The notes beneath the pieces were generated by a model. The model was not told where the DNA came from. It ran no database searches and worked only from the letters and a program-made list of their open reading frames with translations. A DNA stretch of 63,700 nt, counting the filler, from an uncultured Methanosarcinales archaeon (GTDB lineage: Archaea; Nanobdellota; Nanobdellia; Woesearchaeales; UBA12501), in the NCBI GenBank assembly GCA_964397315.1. It is 4 parts of 4 records of this genome, joined end to end, with 100 filler letters (N's around TTAATTAATTAA, not from the genome) between each part and the next. Parts side by side here need not be neighbours in the genome. Positions count along the whole stretch, not along the records: positions 19,436 to 38,613 come from CAYNHV010000025.1; positions 38,714 to 56,984 come from CAYNHV010000026.1; 2 more parts are not named here. One strand, 5' to 3'. This document shows, in pieces, positions 30,951 to 39,369 of this stretch. The stretch's first letter is position 1. The number at the start of each line of letters is the position of its first letter. A program made the translations under genes and the position numbers.

Positions 30951-31079
30951 TTGAAGGGATACAACAGGAGACTGGCGATTGACCCTTTTGCAAAAAAAGA
31001 GGTCAGTAAGGACAATTCCCTCAGGAACCTTGCTGTCTTTATTCTTGTCGTGGCTGTTGTGCTAATAATATTGTTTTAG
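30951..31079 (+). CDS. possible small membrane peptide (42 aa)
   Basis: TTG start after GGTGA; MKGYNRRLAIDPF...LAVFILVVAVVLIILF. Confidence 0.35.
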   Translation: MKGYNRRLAIDPFAKKEVSKDNSLRNLAVFILVVAVVLIILF

Positions 31080-31204
31080 CGTATTTCAACACAATAAAAC
31101 CCGCGCGGCAGGAGAGAATACAGGAACAACCGCAGTGAATGCAGCATACAGGAAAAGAGGGCTTATTCTAAGGGTCTTTCTGTGCCGTGATATTCACATG
31201 ATAC

Positions 31205-31828
31205 TCACTTGTATCCTCCTTTGCCCTTCAGAGGAACGAATATGAAGTCCCCCAGCTCCTTGAGTGACAGCCCCTGCTTTCCTTTAACTCCTTTTACCAT
31301 CTTCTGGCTGTAGAGAGGGCCCACTGGAGCGACTATTATCCCCCCTTCTTTCAGCTGATCAATAAGCGCTTTTGGTATCTCAGGACAGGCAGCAGTTATT
31401 ATTATCCTGTCATAGGGAGCTTCCTTCTCATAGCCGTTGCTGCCGTCAGAGTGCACAACCTCAACGTTTGACATACCCGCTCTCTTGAGGTTGTCTCTTG
31501 CATAGTCAATCAGCTCGCTGATGATCTCTGTGGTTATCACCTTTCCCGCAATCCTTGATATTAGCGCGGCATTGTAGCCTGATCCAGTCCCTATCTCAAG
31601 CACCTTATCTTCCTCTCTGAGGTCAAGCGCGTCCAGCATTATCATGATCGTGGAGGGCTGTGATATTGTCTGGCCCGCGCATATGGGAAGGGCGTGGTCT
31701 CCGTAAGCGTCATCCTCATACTCGTCAAGAACAAAATATTCTCTAGGCACATTCCTGAAAGCCTCTATAAGCCTCTCATTCCTTATCATTCCCGCCCCTT
31801 TCCATTTTCTCACAAGCTCGTCTTTCAT
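31205..31828 (-). CDS. pcm: protein-L-isoaspartate O-methyltransferase
   Basis: GQTISQP, VLEIGTGSGYNAA, APYDRII, FVPL. Confidence 0.95.
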   Translation of the reverse strand: MKDELVRKWKGAGMIRNERLIEAFRNVPREYFVLDEYEDDAYGDHALPICAGQTISQPSTIMIMLDALDLREEDKVLEIGTGSGYNAALISRIAGKVITTEIISELIDYARDNLKRAGMSNVEVVHSDGSNGYEKEAPYDRIIITAACPEIPKALIDQLKEGGIIVAPVGPLYSQKMVKGVKGKQGLSLKELGDFIFVPLKGKGGYK

Positions 31829-31961
31829 GACTGAATAAAGCAGGTGTTCATATTAAAATGTTTTTATTGAAGCCTGCTAAATGTATTAAATGGCATTTGA
31901 AGCGCTTTTTTGTTTTCAATATGGCAAACTATATAAATAAAAAGACATTACCCTCTCTTTA

Positions 31962-32324
31962 ATGCACAGAGGAAGACCTGTTAAGTCACAGATAAGACAG
32001 AACATTGTTGAGATACTCTACTTTCTCGGCCCCTCGCCGGGCTATGACATCTACAAGGTTTATGTGTCAATATACCCCAAGGTCACCATGAGATCAGTGT
32101 ATTACAACCTGAAGAAGGGGGTTGAACTGGGGGAGTTCAAGATAGACAGGATAGAGAAGGTGAAGGGAAACTACAGCTGGGGGCCTGAGGCAGAGAAGAC
32201 ATTCTACAGCCTCGGCCCTAATGCAAAGCCAAGGATGGAGTCCAGGGCAAAGGAGTACTTTGACAAAAAGAAAGATGATAACATCAATAACAGCGCTGGT
32301 GAAGATGAGAATCAAAATGGATAA
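31962..32324 (+). CDS. winged-helix hypothetical protein
   Basis: RGRP..SQIRQNIVEIL, GYDIYK, RSVYYNL, YSWG. Confidence 0.7.
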   Translation: MHRGRPVKSQIRQNIVEILYFLGPSPGYDIYKVYVSIYPKVTMRSVYYNLKKGVELGEFKIDRIEKVKGNYSWGPEAEKTFYSLGPNAKPRMESRAKEYFDKKKDDNINNSAGEDENQNG

Positions 32325-32333
32325 ATTTATATA

Positions 32334-32717
32334 ATGGCTGCCAGGAAAACACCCGAAAAGATGAGCAGTGACATAATCGCAGAGATTGAGAGGGGCAGGA
32401 AGGTAGGATATTCTGACAGGCTGATAAGAAACTCCCTTGAAGCAGAGGGCTATTCACCTGACTCCATAAAGCCGGCATTCAATGAGGCTGACAAGAGAAG
32501 AAATGGGAATGCCAACGGCAATGGTTTTGCAGTAAAGACACAGAGTGTAAAGAAGCAGAAAAGCAATGAGCCTGAGGAAAGACTAGCCTCAGGAGGCAGC
32601 GAGGGCAGGAGAAAGCACTGGATGCTTGTGGCTGCGGAAATAATCATTGGAATTCTCGTGTTCGCGATAATAGGGATACTGATTTATCTTTTTCTTGTTC
32701 CCGCGGTTCTGGGATGA
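32334..32717 (+). CDS. hypothetical membrane-anchored protein
   Basis: GYS..I...L..GY N-terminal motif, C-terminal TM. Confidence 0.7.
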   Translation: MAARKTPEKMSSDIIAEIERGRKVGYSDRLIRNSLEAEGYSPDSIKPAFNEADKRRNGNANGNGFAVKTQSVKKQKSNEPEERLASGGSEGRRKHWMLVAAEIIIGILVFAIIGILIYLFLVPAVLG

Positions 32718-32719
32718 TA

Positions 32720-33421
32720 TCATTTCAGCTTTCCCATTATCTTCTTCAGAAAGCCCATGAGGGCTAAAGCCTCCCTCCTTGTCATGAAGCTCTTTCCAAC
32801 CATTCTTTTCCAGACCTTTCTTTGAGTCTCCAGCTTCTCTGTTGTGCTGAAATCAAGCATTCCAAGAATGCTGTCAACCATGCCGAGGATAAGCTTCTTC
32901 TCCTTTCCGCTGACCGGAGCTATTTTTTCCCTCCCCTCCCCCTTGGCTGCTGCAGCAGAAAGCTCATAAAATACCACAGCAACAGCATGGCTCAGGTTAA
33001 GGGCAGGATACTCTGACGATGAGGGTATTGAGACTGCAAAATCGCATTTTGTTATCTCCTCATTGCTCAGGCCTGACGGCTCCCTGCCGAACACAATGCC
33101 TGTCTTTCTGTCCCTTATTCCTGCCAGCTTTCCCGCCAGCTGCCTTGGGGTGAGCGCAACCCTCGGAATATTGTAGTCCTTTCCCAGCTTTGAGGTTGTA
33201 GCTGCAAGATAATCAAACCTGTCAAGAAGGCTCTCATCCCCTGTTTCCGCCCTCTCAAGAATATCAATGGCATGGGATGCCCTGTCCCTTGCCTCACTGC
33301 AGAGGTGATCGCATTTAGGGTTTATGAGAACAAGGCTTTCATGCCCGAAATTTTTCAGCGCCCTCGCAGCCGCCCCGACATTGCCGGGAGTCTCTGGCTC
33401 CATGAGTATTGCTGAGATCAT
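32720..33421 (-). CDS. trmJ: TrmJ-family SPOUT RNA methyltransferase
   Basis: PGNVGAAARA, VFGRE..GLSNEE, YPALNLSHAV. Confidence 0.9.
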   Translation of the reverse strand: MISAILMEPETPGNVGAAARALKNFGHESLVLINPKCDHLCSEARDRASHAIDILERAETGDESLLDRFDYLAATTSKLGKDYNIPRVALTPRQLAGKLAGIRDRKTGIVFGREPSGLSNEEITKCDFAVSIPSSSEYPALNLSHAVAVVFYELSAAAAKGEGREKIAPVSGKEKKLILGMVDSILGMLDFSTTEKLETQRKVWKRMVGKSFMTRREALALMGFLKKIMGKLK

Positions 33422-34719
33422 CAGAAGAAACCCATTGCCACATTTATTATTATAAGAGCTATGAAGAACAGGGCAGCGTATTTCCAGATGTTCATCGCCC
33501 TTTTCTTGTCAAAATAATGAAGCAGCGCAAGGTACAGCATCTTTCCTCCGTCTGTAATTGGTATTGGAGCGAGGTTGAAAAGACCTATTCCTATGTTGAG
33601 GAGGAAAAGCCAGAAAAGCAATCCTGAAATCCACATGACCGCTGACATGGAGAATCCCAGGCCTGCAGTATCATTCACTATGACAGGCACTCTTCCCAGG
33701 CCTGCTGCCTGGGCTACAAGGAACTGGACTGCCTGCTCAGAGCTTCCATCACCCCCCCTTAACACACCCATGAAAGCATCTCCCGGCGACACGGGCTTTG
33801 TCTCAAGGTAATCAGCAAGATATATCCCCATGTAGGGCAGGCTGCTGTTCTCGGGATTGGATGCCAGCTCAAAAGAGTAGGTTGTCCTGTTGGTCCTGAC
33901 AAAAACAACATCTCCAGGAGACTTGCTGTCCAGATGCTCCGAGAGGTTCTTTATCTTTCTTATGCTGCTGTTGTCTATCTCAAGTATTATCTCCCCCTCG
34001 CTGATGCCCGCCTTTTCCGCGGGAAGGCTCTTGTTGCCGTTCTCAATAAGCCCTGTCACTGCCACTCCATTGTGCATTGTAAGGGAGTTCACCAGAGGGA
34101 ACATCACGACACTGAGCAGTAGAAGGCATAAAAAGCCGAGCACTATGTTGGAGAAAGAGCCTGCGGCGAACACAGAGAGCTGCTCTCTCCTGGGCTTTCT
34201 GGAAAGCTTCTTTTCGTCAGGCTCCACAAAAGCAGCAGGCACGACAGGAAGTATTATTCCCAAGAAGGCAAGCCCGCTTGATTTTATCTTCAGCTTGTAC
34301 AGCCTGCTTATCACGCCGTGGGAGAACTCGTGTATCACCACGAGGATGAAGATGCATATTATCCAGAAGAAGAAAGGCACATACACAGCCCCCTTGACCT
34401 TGAAAGGAAGCACAAGCGCGGCAGTTGACGCTGTCTTCGGAACCAGGATCATCTTTATCAGGTTCTCAACAAGAGAGTAGCATATCATTCCCATGCCCAC
34501 AAACCCTATGAACACGCCCAGGTATCCGGCATACTTGAAGAACCTGGGAAACCTCTTTGCTGCCCTGTCCATGAAGTCAATGCCCACCTTTGTCCTGTAC
34601 ATGATCATGTAAAGGAAAGGCCACACAATCTTCTGTATCTGGAGCTTCCTCCTGCCGTAGAAGAGCACAATAGCGAGAATTATTATGAAGATTATTGCTG
34701 CCTGGCTTTGGAAATCCAT
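33421..34719 (-). CDS. site-2 protease (M50) with PDZ domain
   Basis: HEFSH, AFVEPD, NLAP..DGG. Confidence 0.92.
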   Translation of the reverse strand: MDFQSQAAIIFIIILAIVLFYGRRKLQIQKIVWPFLYMIMYRTKVGIDFMDRAAKRFPRFFKYAGYLGVFIGFVGMGMICYSLVENLIKMILVPKTASTAALVLPFKVKGAVYVPFFFWIICIFILVVIHEFSHGVISRLYKLKIKSSGLAFLGIILPVVPAAFVEPDEKKLSRKPRREQLSVFAAGSFSNIVLGFLCLLLLSVVMFPLVNSLTMHNGVAVTGLIENGNKSLPAEKAGISEGEIILEIDNSSIRKIKNLSEHLDSKSPGDVVFVRTNRTTYSFELASNPENSSLPYMGIYLADYLETKPVSPGDAFMGVLRGGDGSSEQAVQFLVAQAAGLGRVPVIVNDTAGLGFSMSAVMWISGLLFWLFLLNIGIGLFNLAPIPITDGGKMLYLALLHYFDKKRAMNIWKYAALFFIALIIINVAMGFF

Positions 34720-34824
34720 GATTGTTACTGAACACAGGTCATATAAAAAGGTTGTTTATGATGCCCCCCGGAACAGAGAATCTCATGCAGAAACAATGCG
34801 CTTATGACCTGGGCCTTGCAGGGA

Positions 34825-34986
34825 TCATTTCTTTCTCTTGGGCCTCAGTGACTTGTTGTTGCATCTCCTGCACTTCACCCTGCCCTCAATGACTTTCATG
34901 TTAGGGGCCCTGAGCTTGGCCTTGCATCTCTTGCAGACAAATATGTTCCTGAAAAGCCTCTTGTTTGCTTCCTCAAACTTTGCCAT
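34825..34986 (-). CDS. rpl40e: 50S ribosomal protein L40e (53 aa, absent from ORF track)
   Basis: MAKFEEANKRLFRNIFVCKRCKAK...KCRRCNNKSLRPKRKK. Confidence 0.92.
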   Translation of the reverse strand: MAKFEEANKRLFRNIFVCKRCKAKLRAPNMKVIEGRVKCRRCNNKSLRPKRKK

Positions 34987-35045
34987 TTTGATCTCCCTTG
35001 TTTGCGGAATGGGTCATGGGAATCCGCACCCTGAATCATATGTGC

Positions 35046-35444
35046 CTAAGCAGGCTTTACCTGCTTCATGACCTTGTCATTAAGCACGACCCAGTAAAGC
35101 ACTGAGACACCCTCAACAACCTGCCCCTTCAGCTCCTCTGGTATCTGCAGGTCAAATGTCTCGTAAGTCTCTGAATCCATGACATTTGCTGTGTCTCCTG
35201 ACACAGAAAGCACCTGTGCTGTCCTCTTGTCCACCACAGGAGCATCCACATAATCATGGCCGGGCATTACAATCTCTCTCTTCCTGCCGTCAACAATGCC
35301 CGCTGCCTGCAGCCTTACCTTTGCATGGCCATGCTTTCCAGGCCTTGATGTCTGGGTGTCAACAACCCTGCACGCAACATCATCAATCACTATGTAATTC
35401 CCTTTTTTGAGGCTTCCTACGCTCACTTTCTTGACTTCGCTCAT
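35046..35444 (-). CDS. eif5a: translation factor aIF5A
   Basis: SRPGKHGHAK hypusine motif. Confidence 0.95.
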   Translation of the reverse strand: MSEVKKVSVGSLKKGNYIVIDDVACRVVDTQTSRPGKHGHAKVRLQAAGIVDGRKREIVMPGHDYVDAPVVDKRTAQVLSVSGDTANVMDSETYETFDLQIPEELKGQVVEGVSVLYWVVLNDKVMKQVKPA

Positions 35445-35705
35445 AAAACACCCTCCTGGATGGATAAATCTCAGATATTAGGGAGTTTAAAGAGGGCATT
35501 TATAAAGGTTTTGATGGAATTGAGGTTGCCTCTGCCCTGTTTATGAGTTAAAGATGCTGCTCATTGTAAAAAGGGGATTCCTCCTGAGTTCTCCATTGGA
35601 AGGGCATTACTCTGTTCACGCGCAGGCGGGATTTCACTGCGCTCAATCCCACGAAATGCCCTTTAAGTGTTGAAGCACTATGATTAAATCTCCTGTGCGT
35701 ATTTT

Positions 35706-36240
35706 GGTTAATCCAGACTTAACCACCACCTTCATCACAGTTACATATAGATAAATCCCCCTAAAAATAATCCCGACTCGCAAGCTTAAATATAATTCCG
35801 ACTGAAGTCGAAATTATAAGACTTGCCTAAGCTTCGCTTAGTCAAGCGTCTGGGATTACTGAAAATACAAAGTATTTTCAGGCCTGCAAAACTTTGTTTT
35901 GCAGTATTAGAATTGCCAAACTTCGTTTTGCAATCTCCCACCCCTCACACATGCTTAGCGCACCAACCCACAGAGCGCTTTAAGCATATTACTGGGTGGG
36001 CTTATTGGAGGCGGAAGCAGAGAGTTGTGCTTTTCCAGAAGGTGTAAGCCTGCTAAGTGGTTCTGCAGAAAGGGAGGGAAGTACCAGGAAGGGCCAGCAC
36101 AAACTTATTATCCCCTAGGAAGTACCAGGAATCATTATCATAAACAAACTTTCCTAAGGGTGGGTAGAACCTGGAACTGTAAAAACTAAAATATCAGCTT
36201 CCCAAGGCGGGAATTACCAGGGATAATAATCATAAGCAAG
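35706..36240 (+). repeat. copy A of the dispersed leader + G-rich mini-array element (4 units), interrupted by a hairpin insert
   Basis: Homologous to 58796-59100 and 61020-61364 (reverse); ACC cores at 36083, 36124, 36169, 36216. Confidence 0.8.
35768..35934. mobile_element. branched tri-loop hairpin insert (REP/MITE-like)
   Basis: CTGAAAATAC-AAA-GTATTTTCAG, CTGCAAAAC-TTT-GTTTTGCAG, CTAAGC-TTC-GCTTAG; absent at the equivalent site of copies B and C. Confidence 0.65.
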
Positions 36241-36246
36241 CCCCGC

Positions 36247-36414
36247 TTACATGAAAACAGCAGCTATGATGAATCCTATTATAATCCCTATGAGAAGGCC
36301 GGTTATGAGCTCTTTTGTGCCGTAGTGCATCTCCTCCTCTATCTTCTTGAGCTCTCCCAGCTCTTTTTTCTCCATCTCCTCAAGAGTTTGCCTTGACTCT
36401 TTCTTCTTTGCCAT
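36247..36414 (-). CDS. small membrane protein (55 aa, absent from ORF track)
   Basis: MAKKKESRQ...ELITGLLIGIIIGFIIAAVFM; abuts the upstream gene's stop. Confidence 0.65.
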   Translation of the reverse strand: MAKKKESRQTLEEMEKKELGELKKIEEEMHYGTKELITGLLIGIIIGFIIAAVFM

Positions 36415-36683
36415 CATTCATCCCTCACTTTTCCGGGCTTGACTTCCTTGAGCTCTATCTTTCCCATCTCCCACAGTACAGCTCCCAATCCATAGAATAT
36501 GGGAAACAGCACGAATTCCTTCCCCTTGAGGAAGTAGTCGCTTGACTGCATCAGGAGGGGCCTTCCTATAGCCCCTAGTATAGTAAGGTATATTCCAATG
36601 CCTATGAGGGTTGCTGAGAGGAATACCAGCACCAGGCCCATGACCTCGTGTCTTCTCAGGTTGTGCTTCATAAGGCCTGCCAT
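36414..36683 (-). CDS. small membrane protein
   Basis: 89 aa, two TM segments. Confidence 0.7.
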   Translation of the reverse strand: MAGLMKHNLRRHEVMGLVLVFLSATLIGIGIYLTILGAIGRPLLMQSSDYFLKGKEFVLFPIFYGLGAVLWEMGKIELKEVKPGKVRDE

Positions 36684-36832
36684 CAGAATATGTTTATTTA
36701 AAGATTGCTCACTACTTTAGGGTAGCGGAGACGGGAGGCTGGGCTGGCTTTTTGTTGTAAAAGAGCAGGAGAACATGAAAGGGCAGATAGAAGAGGTCAA
36801 GATAAGCATCCAGAGCCCTGAAGACGGGCGGC

Positions 36833-37169
36833 ATGGAGCTTGAGAAGACAAACCTTTTTGCAGTGATACTTCCACTGCTGATAATACCAATCATAGGGGG
36901 GGGCCATTGTTTATGTTGAAAAGTTCGCTCCGGAAAAGCCACATCAGAAGGCTGAAAAGCAGGGAGCTGGGCAGAAGGCAGCAGGGAAAAAGCCTGCAGG
37001 AGAGGAAAAGAAGGCGGACAAGCCCGGCAAGGATGAAAAGCAGAAGCCTGAAAAGCCAGGCGCCAAGAAAGAGGAAAAGAAGCCTCCCAGAAAGCCCTCA
37101 TTTGAGCAGCAGCTGGACAGGGAAATAGAAGAAGCGCAGAAGAAGGCTGATGAGGAGATAAAAGGCTGA
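36833..37169 (+). pseudogene. frameshifted membrane-anchored protein fragment (G8 tract)
   Basis: MELEKTNLFAVILPLLIIPIIGG then G8 at 36896-36903; removing one G continues AIVYVEKFAPEK...EEIKG*. Confidence 0.55.
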
Positions 37170-37328
37170 TTCTTGAGCCGGAAATCTTCCGGGGTATAAT
37201 CACTAAAGAGTAACTAAGAAGTAGAAATATTTATATAGATTATCTGCTTTGTTAGCTTAAGTGAGGGGGAAATTATTAGATTACGTCCATTTAATGAAAT
37301 ATTAGATAAAAAGTCTGAACTTGATGTA

Positions 37329-38588
37329 TTGCTAATAAATCCTCCTGTTACAAAAAGAATCTTGTTTAGTCAACTTTCTGATATAGAAAAAAATTACTGG
37401 AAAACAATGAACCAGATTGGCACTTTGTGGGGTGATCATAAACTAGAGCCAAATTTTGGTTTGCTTTCCATAGCATCTGTTTTAAAGAAAGAAGGATATA
37501 AGATTGATCTGATGGATTTGAATATTTATGATCATTATTGTCGTGATAAATATAAATCTTATCTTACAACTGATAAAATAAAAAGTATCATAGAAAAGAA
37601 AAAAGCTAAGATTTTTGCAATATCATCTATGACGGTAAACTTTAAGTTTACAGAAGAGATAATACAGATTATTAAAGAGGTACATTCTGAATCTTTAATC
37701 ATTATTGGAGGAATTCATGCTAGTTTTAATGTGGGAAACATTCTCAAGAATAATAAAAATATAGATTTCATAATTGCAGGGGAGGGGGAAGAAACAATAT
37801 TAGACTTCCTGAAGAGCATTGAAAAAGGAAAGAATCTTAGCAGCATAAAAGGGCTCTCAGGAAGATATCATGGGGGATTATTCCATAATCCAAACAGGAG
37901 ACTTATAAAAGATCTGGATGTTTTACCACCGCCTGCTTTTGAATTATTGCCTAAAGAATTGTTCCCTTTTTTAACAAGAATTTACACCTCCAGAGGTTGT
38001 TCTGGATCTTGCAGGTTTTGTGTTGTAAACTGTTTTTTTAATAATAGATTTAGGTTCAGAGATCCAGATAAAGTTTTTGAAGAAATACAGTACATAAAAG
38101 ATAATTTCAATCCAACCATGTTACTGATAGGAGATTTAACTTTCTTAGACAATAAGAGATTATCCCATGAACTCTGCGATATAATGAAAAGAGAAAGATT
38201 TGACCAGAAATGGTGGTGTCAATCAAGGGCAGATAGAATTAACAAGAAAACATCAGGATTGTTAAATAAATCAGGGTGTTATCAAATTGCGTTGGGTATA
38301 GAATCTCCTTCTGAGATTAAAAATAAGAATATTACACTAAATAAATCAATAAAGGCTTGTGAGAACCTAAAAAATAATAACCTAATTGTACAAACATATT
38401 GGATGTTTGGATTACCATATGAAACAAAAGAATCTTCAAAAAACACTACACATACCATAAAACAGCTTATAAGAAACAGATTAACAGACTTAACACATAT
38501 CGGTATAACCGTTCCATATCCAGGAAGTGAGTTATGTGAAAAAGCAAGTGAAAATGGATTAGAAGCTGAGCTTTCCACCAGTCTTTGA
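37329..38588 (+). CDS. B12-binding radical SAM protein, AT-rich, probably 3'-truncated
   Basis: INPP, GGIHAS, GEGEE, SRGCSGSCRFC (CxxxCxxC), PYPGS; frame stays open upstream to a possible ATT start after GTGAGGGG. Confidence 0.85.
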   Translation: MLINPPVTKRILFSQLSDIEKNYWKTMNQIGTLWGDHKLEPNFGLLSIASVLKKEGYKIDLMDLNIYDHYCRDKYKSYLTTDKIKSIIEKKKAKIFAISSMTVNFKFTEEIIQIIKEVHSESLIIIGGIHASFNVGNILKNNKNIDFIIAGEGEETILDFLKSIEKGKNLSSIKGLSGRYHGGLFHNPNRRLIKDLDVLPPPAFELLPKELFPFLTRIYTSRGCSGSCRFCVVNCFFNNRFRFRDPDKVFEEIQYIKDNFNPTMLLIGDLTFLDNKRLSHELCDIMKRERFDQKWWCQSRADRINKKTSGLLNKSGCYQIALGIESPSEIKNKNITLNKSIKACENLKNNNLIVQTYWMFGLPYETKESSKNTTHTIKQLIRNRLTDLTHIGITVPYPGSELCEKASENGLEAELSTSL

Positions 38589-38613
38589 CTGGTGGCGTAA
38601 AAAACTTATTCTA

Positions 38614-38713
38614 NNNNNNNNNNNNNNNNNNNNNNNNNNNNNNNNNNNNNNNNNNNNTTAATTAATTAANNNNNNNNNNNNNNNNNNNNNNNNNNNNNNN
38701 NNNNNNNNNNNNN
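38614..38713. other. artificial contig linker
   Basis: N + TTAATTAATTAA + N. Confidence 0.98.
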
Positions 38714-38872
38714 TGGTGATAGAGAATACAAATCAAAGAAAAAACTCAAAAATCAGCTAAACAAATACTTAAATTTTACTATTTTTTTGTAATATTTTTC
38801 ATATTTTTGGAGATAAATTTAAATTTATATAAACATACAATATTTAGAGACCATTATTAGTGGGTGGTATAA

Positions 38873-39346
38873 TTGTTATCCAAAAAAGAAAAATTATTGA
38901 TATCTCATCTTAGAGAAAACGCAAGAAAAAACTTGACAAGAATAAGTAGGGAAACAGGAATACCTGTATCCACTATATTTGAGAGATTAAAATTATATGA
39001 GAAAGATATTATTTTAAAACACACAACGATTTTAGATTTTTCTAGGTTAGGATATAACATAAAAGCGAATATAGTAATAAAAGTTCAAAGGGAAGAGAGA
39101 GACAATTTACAGAGTTTTTTAAATAAACAAGAAAGTGTGAATTCATTGTACAGAATAAATAATGGTTATGATTTTCTTGTAGAGGCGGTGTTCCTTGATA
39201 TGAAAGAGGCTAATGATTTTACTGAAAAACTTGAAAGATTTAAGATAAAGAACAAAGAATGTTTCTATGTCTTGGAAGATATCAAAAAGGAGGCATTTAT
39301 GGGAAGCCCATCTATAATAAAAGCTATAAGTATGAACCAGGTATAG
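38873..39346 (+). CDS. Lrp/AsnC family transcriptional regulator
   Basis: LRENAR..ISRETGIPVSTIFERL HTH, DFSRLGY, GYDF. Confidence 0.9.
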   Translation: MLSKKEKLLISHLRENARKNLTRISRETGIPVSTIFERLKLYEKDIILKHTTILDFSRLGYNIKANIVIKVQREERDNLQSFLNKQESVNSLYRINNGYDFLVEAVFLDMKEANDFTEKLERFKIKNKECFYVLEDIKKEAFMGSPSIIKAISMNQV

Positions 39347-39369
39347 AGTATTAAAGTAAAATAATCTTC

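Noticed and set aside
35599..35664. AAGGGCATT/AATGCCCTT stem enclosing GGGATT/AATCCC
   Set aside because: Single copy with no recognisable RNA family; may belong to the hairpin-insert class but the evidence is insufficient
36005..36118. Small peptide family starting at TTG in the repeated leader (also 58753-58881)
   Set aside because: The frame is shifted by +1 in copy C and unit spacings are not all multiples of three; not called as CDS
36071..36223. Canonical CRISPR array
   Set aside because: Repeats are degenerate, there are at most 4 units, spacers are short and partly similar to each other, and no cas genes are present; reported as an unknown mini-array instead
36071..36240. Diversity-generating retroelement TR/VR pair
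   Set aside because: Differences between units are not confined to adenines and no reverse transcriptase is in the window
37329..39346. Apparent AT-rich island joining the radical SAM and Lrp genes
   Set aside because: They lie on different contigs separated by a linker, so adjacency is unsupported
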